Origin: Eledone cirrhosa
Taxonomy: Eukaryota
Assembly (NCBI GenBank): GCA_964016885.1
Contig: OZ024740.1
Coordinates: forward strand, 218,922,001 to 218,986,000
Direction: 5' to 3'
Length of the DNA: 64,000 nucleotides
The notes beneath the pieces were generated by a model. The model made no database searches. It was not told where the DNA came from and was given only the letters and a program-made list of their open reading frames with translations. The first letter of the stretch is position 1. Every line of letters starts with the position of its first letter. Made by a program: the position numbers and the translations under genes. Of this stretch, positions 42,419-54,862 are shown piece after piece.

Positions 42419-45229
42419 TATATATATACATATATATATAGCGATTATTTGTTTAGTCGAGGTGGTGAGTTGATTGAATTGGTGCGTATGTGCTCACTTG
42501 TAGCTTGTTGTGTGATACAGTGTGACCAGAGGTTGCATATGTGCAAGTAAGTGTTCAATAAGATGATGACGATATTGATAGTTCCTTGATCACGCAGAAA
42601 ATGAATATATCTAAATGAACCACGATGACACCAAACCGCCATATCATTAATTTATTGAAAATAACTCACGCTTAAGCTATACGAAAAATAGACAAGAATT
42701 ATGAATGTTATTTGTTTGTTTGTAAAAGTAGAATTGAATTGTATTTACCAAGAAAAATTCATGAACTTCACTGTCTTGGTTAAGAGAGAGACCAAGAGAT
42801 AGAGATTGAGTGAAAGAGAGAGTAAGAGTTTGTAACACTCCGAAGGGGTCTGTAGAAAGCAAATGTTTTACATGTTTACTCTATCAAGAACTGCACGCCG
42901 CTTGATCTAAGACACTATTTATATATGTTGCTTCCTCTGTCTCCTTGTCGTCCACTCTCAGTTTTGTTTACACCCGAAAGGAGATAACCCAGAAAGTGAT
43001 CGTTAAATGTCACCCAGGGTTCAAGAGGTGTGGACAGATTTCGCTTCTGGAAGGTGTCTGAGGACTCTGCTATCACAACTCCTGGTAGAAGGAGGCAGGA
43101 ATTGAACTCAGAATGCACAGATATATATATCTATATATGCCTATTAGTAAATCCAGCCCTATATACTTATAAGTCAAATTGATAAGTTAACATACAAACC
43201 AAATAGATTTTCTCACCAGAAGTTGAGATAGACTGTTGGTTATAAACACAAGATTCCTCTCTAATGAGGAGTACACCTCCCAACATAATCTAGTAGTTAG
43301 CAACTTTAGAGTTGGAGCCATATGATCTTGGAGAAGAAGGACATGGGAGCTGAGGGAGCCCTTAGCTGGTGTCAACTTCAGGGATGCCCTGCATGATGCT
43401 AATGATAGTAAGAAAGATGAATTAGATGCAACATGGAAGAACAGTAGGGATTACTGAGAGACAACTTCCTGAAGGTCACAGACAAGAACTGTGACTGAAA
43501 CGAGGCACTAGGAAGACAGGGGACAACATGGTGGTGGAATAGTAGTATGGATGAGGCAATGAATGGTAAATGACAGGCATGGAAAAACTGGTTATGTCGG
43601 CAAAGATGAGAACAATACTATAAAGCTAGGAGAGGAGTCAGACACCAGTTACATTTTGCCAGGAGGGAAGTGGAAAGTAAGAAGTTTGCACATGTCCTAT
43701 ACCATAAAAATGTAAGGTGTGAAGTATTCCGTATTTCAAGGCAGTGTGTTATGGAAAATCAAGATGGAGAGAAGTGTACCTAAAATAACAGTGGTACACT
43801 TGCCCTCACTTATGTGGAAAACAAAAAAAGAAGCATGGAAGAGTCATTATAAGAGTCTGATGAATGAGGAAAATACATGTGAGAGGTAAGGCTTACTCCA
43901 GGTGGACCCAATAAAGAGGCCGGTCATTTAAATAAACATCAGCATGGTAGGTAAGGCAAGCAAGGATATGAAAACAGGCAAATCAGCTGGATCATCAGGA
44001 ATAGTTACTAAGATACTGAAAGTATCTGGTGGACCACATTTTAACCATGGGTGTAGTAAATCAGGTAATATGGGATAATGTAATACCTAGTGACTGGTAT
44101 AGCATAATTATCATCAACTGCTACAAGGGCAAGGGAGATGCACTAGACAAAAGAAGTTAGAGAGGCATCCGTTTAATGGACCAGGTCATGAAGCTATTGA
44201 AGGAAAAAGTTAACCTAAATGAAATACAGATTGGGTTTGTACCAGGTAGAGGTACCATGATGCCCTCTTCTTTATGAGACAACTGCAGGAGAATTACTTA
44301 GGAAAAAGAAAGCCCCTCTACCTAGGATTTGTTGACCCAGAGAAAGCTTTTGATAGTGCACCTCATTCCATAATCTTGTGAGCTCTTAGATAACTAGGGG
44401 TAGATGAATAGCTGGTGAGGGCATGTACAGAGGTGCAGTCAGCAAAGTGAGAATTAACAATGAGTATAGTGATGAGTTTAGAATGCAGGTGGGGATCCAT
44501 CAGAGCTCTGTTTATTATAGACATCCAGGTCATAATAGAGGAGTTTAAGACATGGCTGCCCATGAGAACTTCTATATGTGAATGACTTGGTTCTCATAGC
44601 TGAATTCACTCAAGAACTAGACATTCTAGGGTTAGAGGTAAAATCTAGAATCAAAAGCTTCAAAATTAACTTACCAAAGACTAAAGTCCTAGTAAGCAGG
44701 ACCCTGATTCTCTCAAGGAAATGACTATGCTCAATATACTAAAAAGTAGTTGGTAGAAATTTCATATAGTATACAAAATGTAAACTATGGGTAGTCTAAC
44801 AAAGAATATAGACTTTGGAGTCTAACAAAGAATATAGACAGGGAGTCTAACAAAGAATATAGACTTTGTATGAAGCAGATGCACAAGAACAGTAAGTAGC
44901 AATAACTTACATGAAAAGGCTCTATCAGATGGTTCACTAGAATTAGTTCACAGCTTCTGTTACTAAGGTGATTAAAGGAGTTATTGGAGTGGATGCTCTC
45001 AAAGTGCAGTAGCTAGAGTGATAACTAAGCAGAAAAAGTACAGAGAGACCTCTGCTGACAACAAAGGGTTTCTCTCTCAAGATGAAAGACACAGAGTAGG
45101 GTGCTTGTGTACAAACTGCAATGCTGCATGGAAGTGAGACTTGGACTTGGAACACAGAGGATATGTAAAGAAATTAGGTTAGCATGCTCTGGTGGATGTG
45201 TAATAGCAGTGTGTATGAACAGCGAAGCA

Positions 45230-45445
45230 TTAACCCTTTAGCATTTAAACCGGCTGTATCCGACCAGAATCTTCTCACCTCTTTCTGTTCAAACTGGCCA
45301 TAACCAGCTGCTCATACTTATGTTAAAGTATTGTTCTCAAAATAAATAATATTAAAATCTCATAGATTCGATTTTATGTAAGATAAAGTGTTTACCATGA
45401 AAATGCAATAGTAAATATAGAGTAATGTAAATGCTAAGGGGTTAA
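45230..45445. mobile_element. piggyBac-type MITE family A, orientation A, inserted in the RTE LINE
   Basis: TIRs and TTAA; removing it restores the LINE sequence GAAGCATTAATGAACTG (compare about 17892-17910). Confidence 0.88.
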
Positions 45446-45466
45446 TGAACTGAGAGAAAAGCTATA

Positions 45467-45664
45467 TGAGGGTCGACTGAAAAGTTCATAAGCTGACTAT
45501 GAAGGAGCGATGTTAGTGCTGTGAAATCTTGCATGCATTAATTTCAACTCTTATTATTAATAACTGCATTGTTTCTTTCTAGGGACTATGTTTAAAAATA
45601 AACCTCATTTGGTCATTCCATGAGATTATCTTGGCTAGTCTATGAACATTTCAGTTGACCCTCA
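45467..45664. mobile_element. mariner-type MITE inserted in the RTE LINE
   Basis: TA-TGAGGGTCGACTGAAAAGTTCATA...TATGAACATTTCAGTTGACCCTCA-TA. Confidence 0.82.
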
Positions 45665-46213
45665 TATATAAGAGGGATTAGATGTAGTGTACACGACTGC
45701 ACTGGTATGGACATGTGATGTGCATGGAAGATGGCAGTGACATAAAGAAGTGCGGAGCTATCAAAGTTGATAAAACACATAGAAGAGGAAGACGCAAGAA
45801 AACTCGGGAGGATGTAGTGAAGGCTGACCTCTGGCAATATGCTGCATGACAGAAGATACACCTTCCCATGTGAATGGGATGAAACAAGCATGGAGACAGC
45901 AGAGAGGTGAAATGATATTTATGCTCCTGCCAACAGGCTTCTCACTTTCACCTGCTTCCTTTGTCCACTTTCCTTACTTTAATTCTCCCTCCTCCAACTA
46001 TCCCTTCCTTTTACTATCTAAGTTCCCCTCCATTTACATTCTTCACCCGCTTCATTGTCCAACCTATGTCAACATATTCTGACTCCTACCTACCCACATC
46101 CTTGATTCACCCATGTCATGACAAAAAAAAAAATCACCTATAAGGTGATAGTGCAGGAGTCATGATTCAAGTTACAGCAATATGGAAGACATACATAATA
46201 TGAAAGAGTACTA

Positions 46214-46470
46214 GTGGAATGTTCCAGTCAAAACTCCAATAAAATGAAGCATAACAAACCAGATACAATGATATGGGGCAGGGAAAAGAAGGCATGCACA
46301 GTAGTGGAAGTTAGCTGCTCAGCAGTTGCCAATATAATATTAAAGATTAGCAAAAAGGAGAATATCTATGCAGAACTAATGAGGAATCTGCAGATACTCT
46401 ACCTTGACTATACCTTCAGATTTATACCTGTGATCATTAGGGCTCTGGGATATGTTACTCCCTTCAAGCT
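46214..46470 (+). mobile_element. Restriction-like endonuclease domain relic of an early-branching (R4/NeSL/CRE-type) non-LTR element
   Basis: HNKPDxMIW...VVEVS...K.NIY...IPVIIRALGYV fits the PD-(D/E)xK RLE motif pattern. Confidence 0.7.
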
Positions 46471-46808
46471 GCCTAGGGTAGATATTTGCATCTGCAACAA
46501 CTAATAAGTCCTATGTATGACCCACAATATCTGTTTCGTTCAGGACAGATGTAATGATGATATTGGTGGAGGTGGTTTGTATGTCACAGCATTTTACACC
46601 TCTTGGTAGGCAACTAATGAGCTTGTGTTATACTTCACAAAGTAAGTGGTGCCTTTATGTCAGATCAGCCACCATTGTGCTTGACTGCTGGCCTGTGTTA
46701 TTGGATAGATTCAGTAGGACTCTAGGGTGGCTTTTGAGAACAACTTTGCTCTGCCCACTCTGTGACCAGTACCTCTTGTCCAGCTAGCCAAATAGGAGAG
46801 CCTTGGGT

Positions 46809-46855
<47 letters not shown>

Positions 46856-47286
46856 TAAGCAATTCCCAGGAGAGCTGGATAGAAGAAGGTCTTCAGAAAA
46901 GACCCCTCCCCCCTCAAGCAAGTGTTTTGGCCCTTAACTTCTTATACTCTAAGGGGATCAGGCCACATTCAGGTCATGACTCTTGGGTGCCCTTCTGCTG
47001 ACATTTAGCCATTTAGATATCAGAGACTTGCTGTATATTTAAACCATAAGGAGATTTTGTTGACTGGATCTAGTTGGAACTCCTTTCCATTGCCTCTGCG
47101 TTTACACTTATATTTAAATTCTTTCTTGACTTTGGAAAAATAACATTTGTAGTCATAGTAATGGTGAGATATCAACAGCATCACCATTGCTGCCAACACT
47201 ACAATTTAGACTCACTCAGGCCATATAAAGTTATTCATAAATTTATTCCAATTTTGTATAAATTCATATGACCTTTGCAATTATTT

Positions 47287-47375
47287 ACTGTACGTATATA
47301 CTGTACATATATACTGTACATATTTACTGTACATATATACTGTACATATATACTGTACATATATACTGTACATAT
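47287..47375. repeat. 14-bp tandem repeat (TACTGTACATATA-type), about 6 copies
   Basis: Read directly. Confidence 0.88.
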
Positions 47376-47851
47376 GCTCTGCTTTGGATTACTAAAATGA
47401 ATTTGGAATGGTTGATGTCATCGAGTGATTAAATCCAATTGCATCATTATTGGCTGATTGGAGTGTAGATTACACAACCATAGTTGGTTAATGCCTCATA
47501 AAAAATGATATATATATATATTAACTAACAACTCTCTCTTTCTTCTGTCTTTTGACGAATGTCTATTTAGATTTCCCTTCTTCCAGCATTGCCATTTGCA
47601 CAATTTGTCTGCTCTGTAACCTGTCCTGTTTTCAGTTGAATGACACTCACTTATTGTCCCTTGTTTCTATGTTGTGTGGTCTCATACGCATCTTTCTTGC
47701 AGCTTGTTCTAAGCTGTCATGCAATCTATGCTTAATATTATGCAATACCTCCTTTATGCACAAAACTGCACTTCCCAGGTAGTGACTGAAGAGGAAAGGA
47801 GATGCTTCTGTTCATTCATTCCATTTATTTTATTTTTTTCTTGTGCAACTT

Positions 47852-47879
<28 letters not shown>

Positions 47880-47887
<8 letters not shown>

Positions 47888-48426
47888 CTAAAAGTCTGTG
47901 ATTGCTGCTTGCTTTTCTGTAATGTAATACAGCCAAAAGAGCGCATAATGGGAAAATACATTAAAAGAAGGTTGCCCCTGAAATGGACAACTGGAATAAA
48001 ACAAGTTTTGTGAGGTACAGGTTTTTTCCGGGTATCTTCATAAATAGAGAGAGAGAGAAGGATAGAGAGAGAGAGAAGGATAGAGAGAAAGAGATAGTGG
48101 TTGTGAGAGAGAAACATAAAGAGAAGGCGAATAAAAGAGAGAGAGCTGGTGGAGTTGTTGTGCATATATATATGTAAGTGTGTGTGTGTCTATGACCAGT
48201 GTATATAGACCACAGACACCCACACACACATATAAATATGTATATAAACACACACATTTATATATATATACATATATACATGTAGTCATATGGGCCTTCC
48301 AGTTTCATTTCACATTATATACATGTCTGTGTATATTTTAATTATTTAAAAATTATTTCTAAGTGAACATGATTTTTTTAAAATATTTTGAAGTGAACGT
48401 GACCCAGTGGGTCATGGGTGGTCTAG
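47880..48426 (+). mobile_element. Helitron-like non-autonomous element
   Basis: 3' hairpin TGACCCAGTGGGTCA then CTAG|T at 48423-27. The 5' end is uncertain (TATATTACTAAAAG within a TA repeat). Confidence 0.5.
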
Positions 48427-50439
48427 TATATATATAATATAAAACGTTGTCCTTCACAAAGAAATCTTCATTACTAGCAGAAATGGTACAGAATCAGATG
48501 CTTTAACATATTTAACTTCATTCTTCTACATTTGAATTTAAACTCTGTTACTCAACTTTTTTATTTCTCTGTCTCTATCTATAGTCAAAACATAATAGAT
48601 ACTAGTACTGGTAACATACTGAGGGATGAATTCAATCAGCTACTCTACCCTGCTTCAATTTATTTAAAATTATGCCAATCTAAGAAATCATTATTACTGC
48701 TGTCATTGACCTATCGTTATCGATACCATAAATCAAAGTTGCCAGAGATTATTGATATTGTTCACTATTTACATTTTATGTTAAATTTATATTGGCTATA
48801 AGTAATGCATCATCAGTTATTGGTGTTAGCTCTTTGTAATTCCGTAGCACATTAATGTCACCTTCTAGCTAAGTTATTGTACTTCTGCCTGATATTGATA
48901 GCACTTGTATTTCTTCCGGTGGTTTTGAGTTCAATTAATTTATAACTGCTCACATTCTTATCACTTCATCATTTTCTACATCATGACATATTGAGAATTT
49001 ATTAATATATTTTGATTTCTGGGCTATATCGAAGCAAATATTACAAGAAACAACAATGTTTTATCCACAATTTAAATGAAGCACTTGTTTTCTATATTAT
49101 CATTCAAGTTTGAATTTAAAGAAAAATTAAATTTCTATAGCTCATGACATTTCTGGAGCTTCCAAACCTTGTGAGATGGGGTGGAAGATGGAACCACAGA
49201 TTATGAGCTCTTGTAGTCAGAAGCATCAGATCAAGATATGTACTTATTTTTAGACCAGAAACCCGTTCTGGGTGCTTAAAAACAGAGTGGGTTTCATTAT
49301 ACCTTATCTGAATGCTATTTTTTTTCTGTTTTAGTTTGAGATGAAAGAACAGAGCCCATGACACTTTCTATTGCCTCTAAGACTGATGGGAAGGCTAGAG
49401 AGAAAGATATCTTCAAACTGGAGACTAATAAGGGTTTTGGGGTGGGGTCTCTATTAAACCTGGTCTGAAGGCTTATGACAGAGTCAACTTCACTAAACCT
49501 GGTCTGAAAACCTTTTTTTTTAACTGGTGAGAGGAGGGATGATGGGAACCAGGAAAGAAGATATCTTCAAACTGGAGATCTGTTTTGAATGTTTGCAACA
49601 GATTAGATTCCACTAGAGATACCCAAAGACCAGTTGGTGTTGTTAAAACGGGTGATGAATTAAATCTATGACCTAAGTAAGCCACAGCAGGATTTGAACT
49701 TGAAGCAAAGAGTTGGAGCAATTGCCCAGGACTGGTACATTATTTTATGAACTTCAAAAGAACAAAAGACAAAATATGCCTCAGTAAAATTTGAATTCAG
49801 ATTGCAGAGAACCATTTTATAACAGAGTGAACATCAGAAAACTTTAATCGTTTTGTGACTATATTTCTAATGAAATACACTCTATTTGATTTATGACCAA
49901 TTTTGAGGGATCTACTAAAATTATTAATTATTTTATTACTAAGATAGTAACTTGATAGATGGTCCTTATATAAAATTATCTTAAACGACTTTAATATAAA
50001 TAGGAACCCTCTGCAATAGGTGGTTTTGTTTCACAGGACCAGAGCCAGTTTTGGCCAGATTGGTTTCAAAAGGGCTGAACTAGAACTTTCTAAAATAGTT
50101 TGTTGTTAACCTTTTCCATCGATTATTTTATTTTCTATTTTGCTGTTATTTAAAATATTTTTTCAGTAAACCAATTTTGGGGCTTCTCACATAATTCCTG
50201 GAAAGTGAGAAGTATTTTGAGAAGAAGGGCATCCTATAATCACAAATCCATCATTGGCTGTCAAGACCTTAGACCAGCGTTTCTCAACCTTTTTACCCTT
50301 GTAAAACCCTTGAAATAGTTTTCATGTCCCAGGAAACACATGCAGAAAAATTGTTATACACCATTATTAATATCTATCTCTTTTATTTATTTATCATAGT
50401 TCATGTGGTAAACATAATATATTTTTTTGGATAACTAGT

Positions 50440-50669
50440 TTAACCCTTTAGCATTTACATTACTCTATATATATACGATTGTATTTTCGCGGTAAAGGCT
50501 TTATCTCTCATAGTATCTCACATAATGTCAAATCTATGAGATTTTGATATTATTTATTTTGAGAATAATACTTTAACATCAGTGTGAGTGACTGGTTACA
50601 GCCAGTTTGAACAGAAAGGGGTGAGAGAATTCTGGCTGGATATGGCCGGTTTAAATGCTAAAGGGTTAA
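50440..50669. mobile_element. piggyBac-type MITE family A, orientation B
   Basis: TIRs and TTAA at both ends. Confidence 0.88.
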
Positions 50670-51124
50670 GGAAAAAATAACCCCCCTTTTTTATTGGCAA
50701 TGCAAAAAAAACAAATCATACTGTTCCTTTATAAGACCTCACACTGAGGTTTTCATTCACAAAAAACTGTAAACACATACATACAAAAATAAACAAATAA
50801 CCAGCATCACATATGTATTGTTATCTAACCCACGTTAGCATGGAAAAATGGACGTTAAACAGTGATGATGATGACATATAATACATATAAACAGAGAGAA
50901 TGCAGTTAGCTATTACAATAACTTATCATTTATTGACAATGTTGAAAAGATAAATCAAGATAAAATGTCTGATGAACAAAATATATAGGCCAAGGAAATG
51001 TTATTTTCAAAATCGATTTAGTTAGTGAAATTTGCTCCTCTAATGTGAAACCTGTGCTTGTATTTTGCTACACAAACACTTAATTTGAAGTCAAACTTAA
51101 GATAAACACACACGGATTTCATGT

Positions 51125-51333
51125 TTAACCCTTTAGCATTTACATTACTCTATATTTACTATTATATTTTCATGGTAAAGGCTTTATCTCACATAATATC
51201 GAATCTACGAGGTTTTGATGTTATTTATTTTGAGAACAATACCTTAACATCAGTATGAGCAGCCAATTACGACCGATTTGAACAGAAAGAGGTGTGCAAA
51301 TTCTGTCCGGATATGGCTGGTTTAAATGCTAAA
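51125..51333. mobile_element. piggyBac-type MITE family A, orientation B, right end clipped
   Basis: Left TTAACCCTTTAGCATT is intact; right TIR lacks GGG. Confidence 0.82.
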
Positions 51334-52099
51334 TGTAAAAGGAGACAATTTTTGTTTTTGCTTTTGACACTTGTTAAATAAGAAAAGGTTTGCTCTCACA
51401 TGTAAGAGGTTGAAAACTGCAGCAATATATTTGTTACTTTTCTATAAATGGTAGGAACTCTTCTTTTATAGAAATCCAAAACTTGTCCAGAAATAGGCCA
51501 GTAAATCTCATCTTGAGTGTACAATCAGGCTGCAGCTCACAAAGTTCTTCTTTTACTTTTAAAGTCAAGTTCTCAGTATGGCCAGAAGATTACATGTGGG
51601 GAAAATGATGTTTCTGTATGTCCTTCAACATACATACAACATAATACAGACTTCAAAAAAGGAACATGACATTTGTTTGTCACACTTATATTGATATATA
51701 TAATATATATAGTTATTTTTTGGCTTGTTTATGTGTATGTGTATTTTACTGGCAGTATAGTGACAGGTAACAGCCTAGTTTAAAATAATATAAGAGGTTG
51801 AAGTCTTCAAGGATTTTCCAACAATATGTTGTATGTGTATCGTAAAATTATGAATACAAAATTATACAAAAATTACTCAAAAATACATTAGCTTATTCGT
51901 CACTGTTCCCCGGAACCCTAGCGACCTCTTGCCGAACCTTATGGTTTTGGGGAACACCAGTTGAAAAACACTGCCCTAGACTGATATACTAGCTGAACCC
52001 CACCTCTCATAGGCTCTGACTCTTGCAAGCCATATCTGTGATGCAATTTTGTTTCCTAGATGAAGCTATTTTTCAATTTATGAGTGCTACAAATGTCTT

Positions 52100-52430
52100 G
52101 AAATTTTAATATGCTTGGGAAAACAGGAGGGTATGAACATAAAATAGAAAATACTTCAACTAGTAGAGCAAAGTCTTTGAAAGAAATATATCCCACCCTC
52201 CCATGCATATCTGTCGTTGTACGTAAAAGGAGAGTAAGATTTGCTGGCCATTGCCATTATGCCACCTCTGTGCTCTGGAAACCACAAGTAGTCACTAATA
52301 ACAGGAGGTACAAGCTCTCCTATCCTGATGTCATTCTGGTATTGAAATCCAGGACTTGGCAACGGCAATGAACGACAGACCTAGGTGGAGATCAATTGTT
52401 GAGTTGGTTTCGGCTGAGGCCACTAGATAG
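52100..52430 (+). mobile_element. LINE 3' fragment (RTE-like)
   Basis: ORF 52111-52371 contains RKRRVRFAGHC, followed by AMNDRPRW. Confidence 0.6.
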
Positions 52431-52669
52431 TGAGAGCAAAGTCTATTCTTAAAAAATGAAGATTAACCATAGCGAAATATGTCTGGAGTTGTCTCCTACA
52501 TTTATCAGAATAATACAAATAATAATAGCCATTGTCTTTTCCACATAGACTATTTATTTCTATTAATTCTCCATTCATTTATCCTTTCATTACTGTATTT
52601 CTAATGATAAATACTGTACTTAGTTATTGAAGAATTTGGAGGAATTTACTACATTTATTAAAAGCAGTC

Positions 52670-53060
52670 CACACTGTCAGGTAGTAGTGCTGGTGTTACA
52701 GCAAAAAAGCACCAAATTCACCCTCTAAGATAGTAGTGCCAGAGTCACGATAAAATGGTTCCAGTCCACACTGTAAGGTAGTAGTATTGGTGCCACATGA
52801 AAAAGCACCCAGTCAATCCTGTAAGGTGGTAGTGCTGGTGCTACAGCAAAAAGCACCTAGTTCACCCTGTATGATGGTAGTACCAGAGTCATGACAAAAT
52901 ACTCCCAGTACATGCTGTAAAGAGGTTGGCATTAGGAAGGGCATCCAGCTGTAGAAACTAAACCACAATAGCAACATACAAACAAGATGTGGTCATCTGA
53001 CTAAGCTAGCTTCAGTATGTGACAACCTGTCTAACACATGCAAGCATGGAAAATACGTGG
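52670..53060 (+). repeat. SINE-like element with an internal roughly 50-bp tandem array
   Basis: Repeated AAAAGCACCCAGT...CTGTAAGGTGGTAGTGCTGGTG units, then GGCATTAGGAAGGGCATCCAGCTGTAGAAAC and a GCATGGAAAA tail; inverted relative at 12780-13140. Confidence 0.65.
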
Positions 53061-53075
53061 TGGTGATGGTGGTGG

Positions 53076-53174
<99 letters not shown>

Positions 53175-53212
53175 GGAGGAGGAGGAGGAGGAGGAGGAGG
53201 AGGAGGAGGAGG
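53058..53212. repeat. Compound (GGT)n(GAT)n(GAG)n microsatellite
   Basis: Read directly; an expanded SINE tail. Confidence 0.95.
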
Positions 53213-53267
53213 ATTTTATGAAGATGACATTTGTAACACAACAAAAGATATGATGGAAGATTTTAAT

Positions 53268-53668
53268 TTAACCCTTTAGCACACGCATGGGCAACCTTTT
53301 TCGAGCAGTGGGCCACATGGGATGTGGTTTATCATATGGCGGGCTGCACTACTAAAAAATTCAAGGCCATTTTGGAATTAGGAGTGCCATTCAGAAAGCC
53401 AAATAGGTCGCATGCAGCTCACGGGTCGCAGTTTTCCCATGACTGCTTTAGCATTTACATTACTCTATATATACTATTGTATTTTCATGGTACAGGCTTT
53501 ACCTCACATATTTATCTCATATAATATTGAATCTATGAGATTGTGATGTTATTAATTTCGAGAACAATACCTTAACATCACTATGAATGGCCAGTTATGG
53601 CCAGTTTGAACTGAAACAGGTGAGGGAATTCTGGCTGAATAGAGCCGGTTTAAATGCTAAAGGGTTAA
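53268..53668. mobile_element. piggyBac-type MITE family A, orientation B, left TIR disrupted by a hAT MITE
   Basis: TTAACCCTTTAGCA[insert]CTTTAGCATTTACAT...GGGTTAA. Confidence 0.85.
53282..53445. mobile_element. hAT MITE
   Basis: Perfect 8-bp TSD CTTTAGCA; TIRs CACGCATGGGCAAC / GTTTTCCCATGACTG; related inverted copy at 38641-38770. Confidence 0.85.
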
Positions 53669-53919
53669 ACTGAACTTTTTAAAAATAAGTGTTATTGTTT
53701 CATAGAACCAGAAGCAGTTTTGGACGGGTTGGTGTCAGAAGTGCTAAATATGGTAACATAAACTTGTCTGCTGCTTTTCATGTTGGTGTACCTGAGTAAT
53801 TTGTCCAAGCAATTGATTCTCTAAAAAATATGAAGGTGACTTCTCAAAATTATCCTATTCTCCAGATCTTAGAAAATCAATATATTTTCTTTATCATGGG
53901 GAATTATATCTGGAAACTA

Positions 53920-53925
53920 TTGTTG

Positions 53926-53960
<35 letters not shown>

Positions 53961-53998
53961 TTGCTGCTGTTGCTGCTGTTGCTGCTGTTGTTGTTGTT
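53920..53998. repeat. (TGT/TGC)n microsatellite
   Basis: Read directly. Confidence 0.92.
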
Positions 53999-54168
53999 TA
54001 ACTCCAAGTCAGTCTTATTTGAACAAACCTATTACCAAAGACATTCCAAGCATGATCTCCTCAACTTTCTTTTATATACATGTAGCAAGTATGGATCAGG
54101 AGAATGTAATGTGCAAGGAAAACATTAGCAAGAAAAGGCTTGCAAGATCCAATTCTAACTGATCTGGA

Positions 54169-54313
54169 ACCCTTTAGCATTTATATTACTCTATATTTAC
54201 TATTATGTTTTCATGTATAACATAAATCGGAGTGGTCAGTTACAACTGGTTTGAACAGCAAGAGGTGAGAGAATTCTGGCTGGATATTGGCAGTTTAAAT
54301 GCTAAAGGGTTGA
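54169..54313. mobile_element. piggyBac-type MITE family A, internally deleted, orientation B
   Basis: CCCTTTAGCATTT...AAATGCTAAAGGGTTGA. Confidence 0.75.
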
Positions 54314-54496
54314 ATGTAAATTCTCCTTTTATAACTTATCCCAGTACAGTGGAAGGAAAATGTATTAGAGGTAAGCTAGAGAAGACATCAGCAGAGATGA
54401 CGAAAGTTGATCTCAGAATATTAAACCTCACAAAGGAGATGAATTGAAAATACAAATAGAAAGACACTGTGGTGAAGAGGAATCATTCAATTCATG

Positions 54497-54862
54497 TGCA
54501 ACAACAATCCTGAGCACCTTTTTCATTTCCATGCCTACAAAGTCAGAAAACAGCACAGCTCCCATGACTTTTGGAAACATTTTTTCACATTCAGAATTGC
54601 TGAAGCATGGAGCAAACTACCTGCATCAGTTGTTAGCTGCCGAGATACTGCATCCTTTAAAACCTCCATGCTTCCTGAAATTCGCCAACACTACACCTGA
54701 TATTCCCCCTCCATAAACACGCACACATGTATATCATGATTCAAGCACTGTTCACTTTCCTGACATTTGTACATTATTCTATGTACTATACATGCACCTT
54801 TGACGAGTTGTAGTGCACCTGAGTACTGTACACAATAATTTCATTATTATTATTATTATTAT
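54497..54862 (+). mobile_element. CR1-type LINE 3' end with (ATT)n tail
   Basis: HAYKV...KHFFTFRIAEAWSKLPASVV...SFK is the typical CR1 ORF2 C-terminus; 3'UTR ends in ATTATTATT. Confidence 0.75.

Larger units (their letters stand above)
43190..45860 (+). mobile_element. Decayed RTE-clade LINE (RT region), interrupted by two MITEs
   Basis: Frameshifted motifs GKSAGSSG, IPSDW, YKGKGDAL, GFVPGRGT, FVDxEKAFD, LLYVNDL, MLHGSETW, LHWYGHV. Confidence 0.85.
50275..51973. mobile_element. Non-autonomous hAT (Charlie-like) element with nested insertions
   Basis: TIRs CAGCGTTTCTCAAC / GTTGAAAAACACTG; 8-bp TSD CCTTAGAC/CCCTAGAC. Confidence 0.75.

Noticed and set aside
52670-52920. Repeat-spacer-like array suggesting CRISPR
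   Set aside because: Eukaryotic context, degenerate tandem units without unique spacers, no cas genes; an internal SINE expansion.
52993-54162. ORFs with poly-D/E, poly-I/L and poly-C runs
   Set aside because: Translations of trinucleotide microsatellites.
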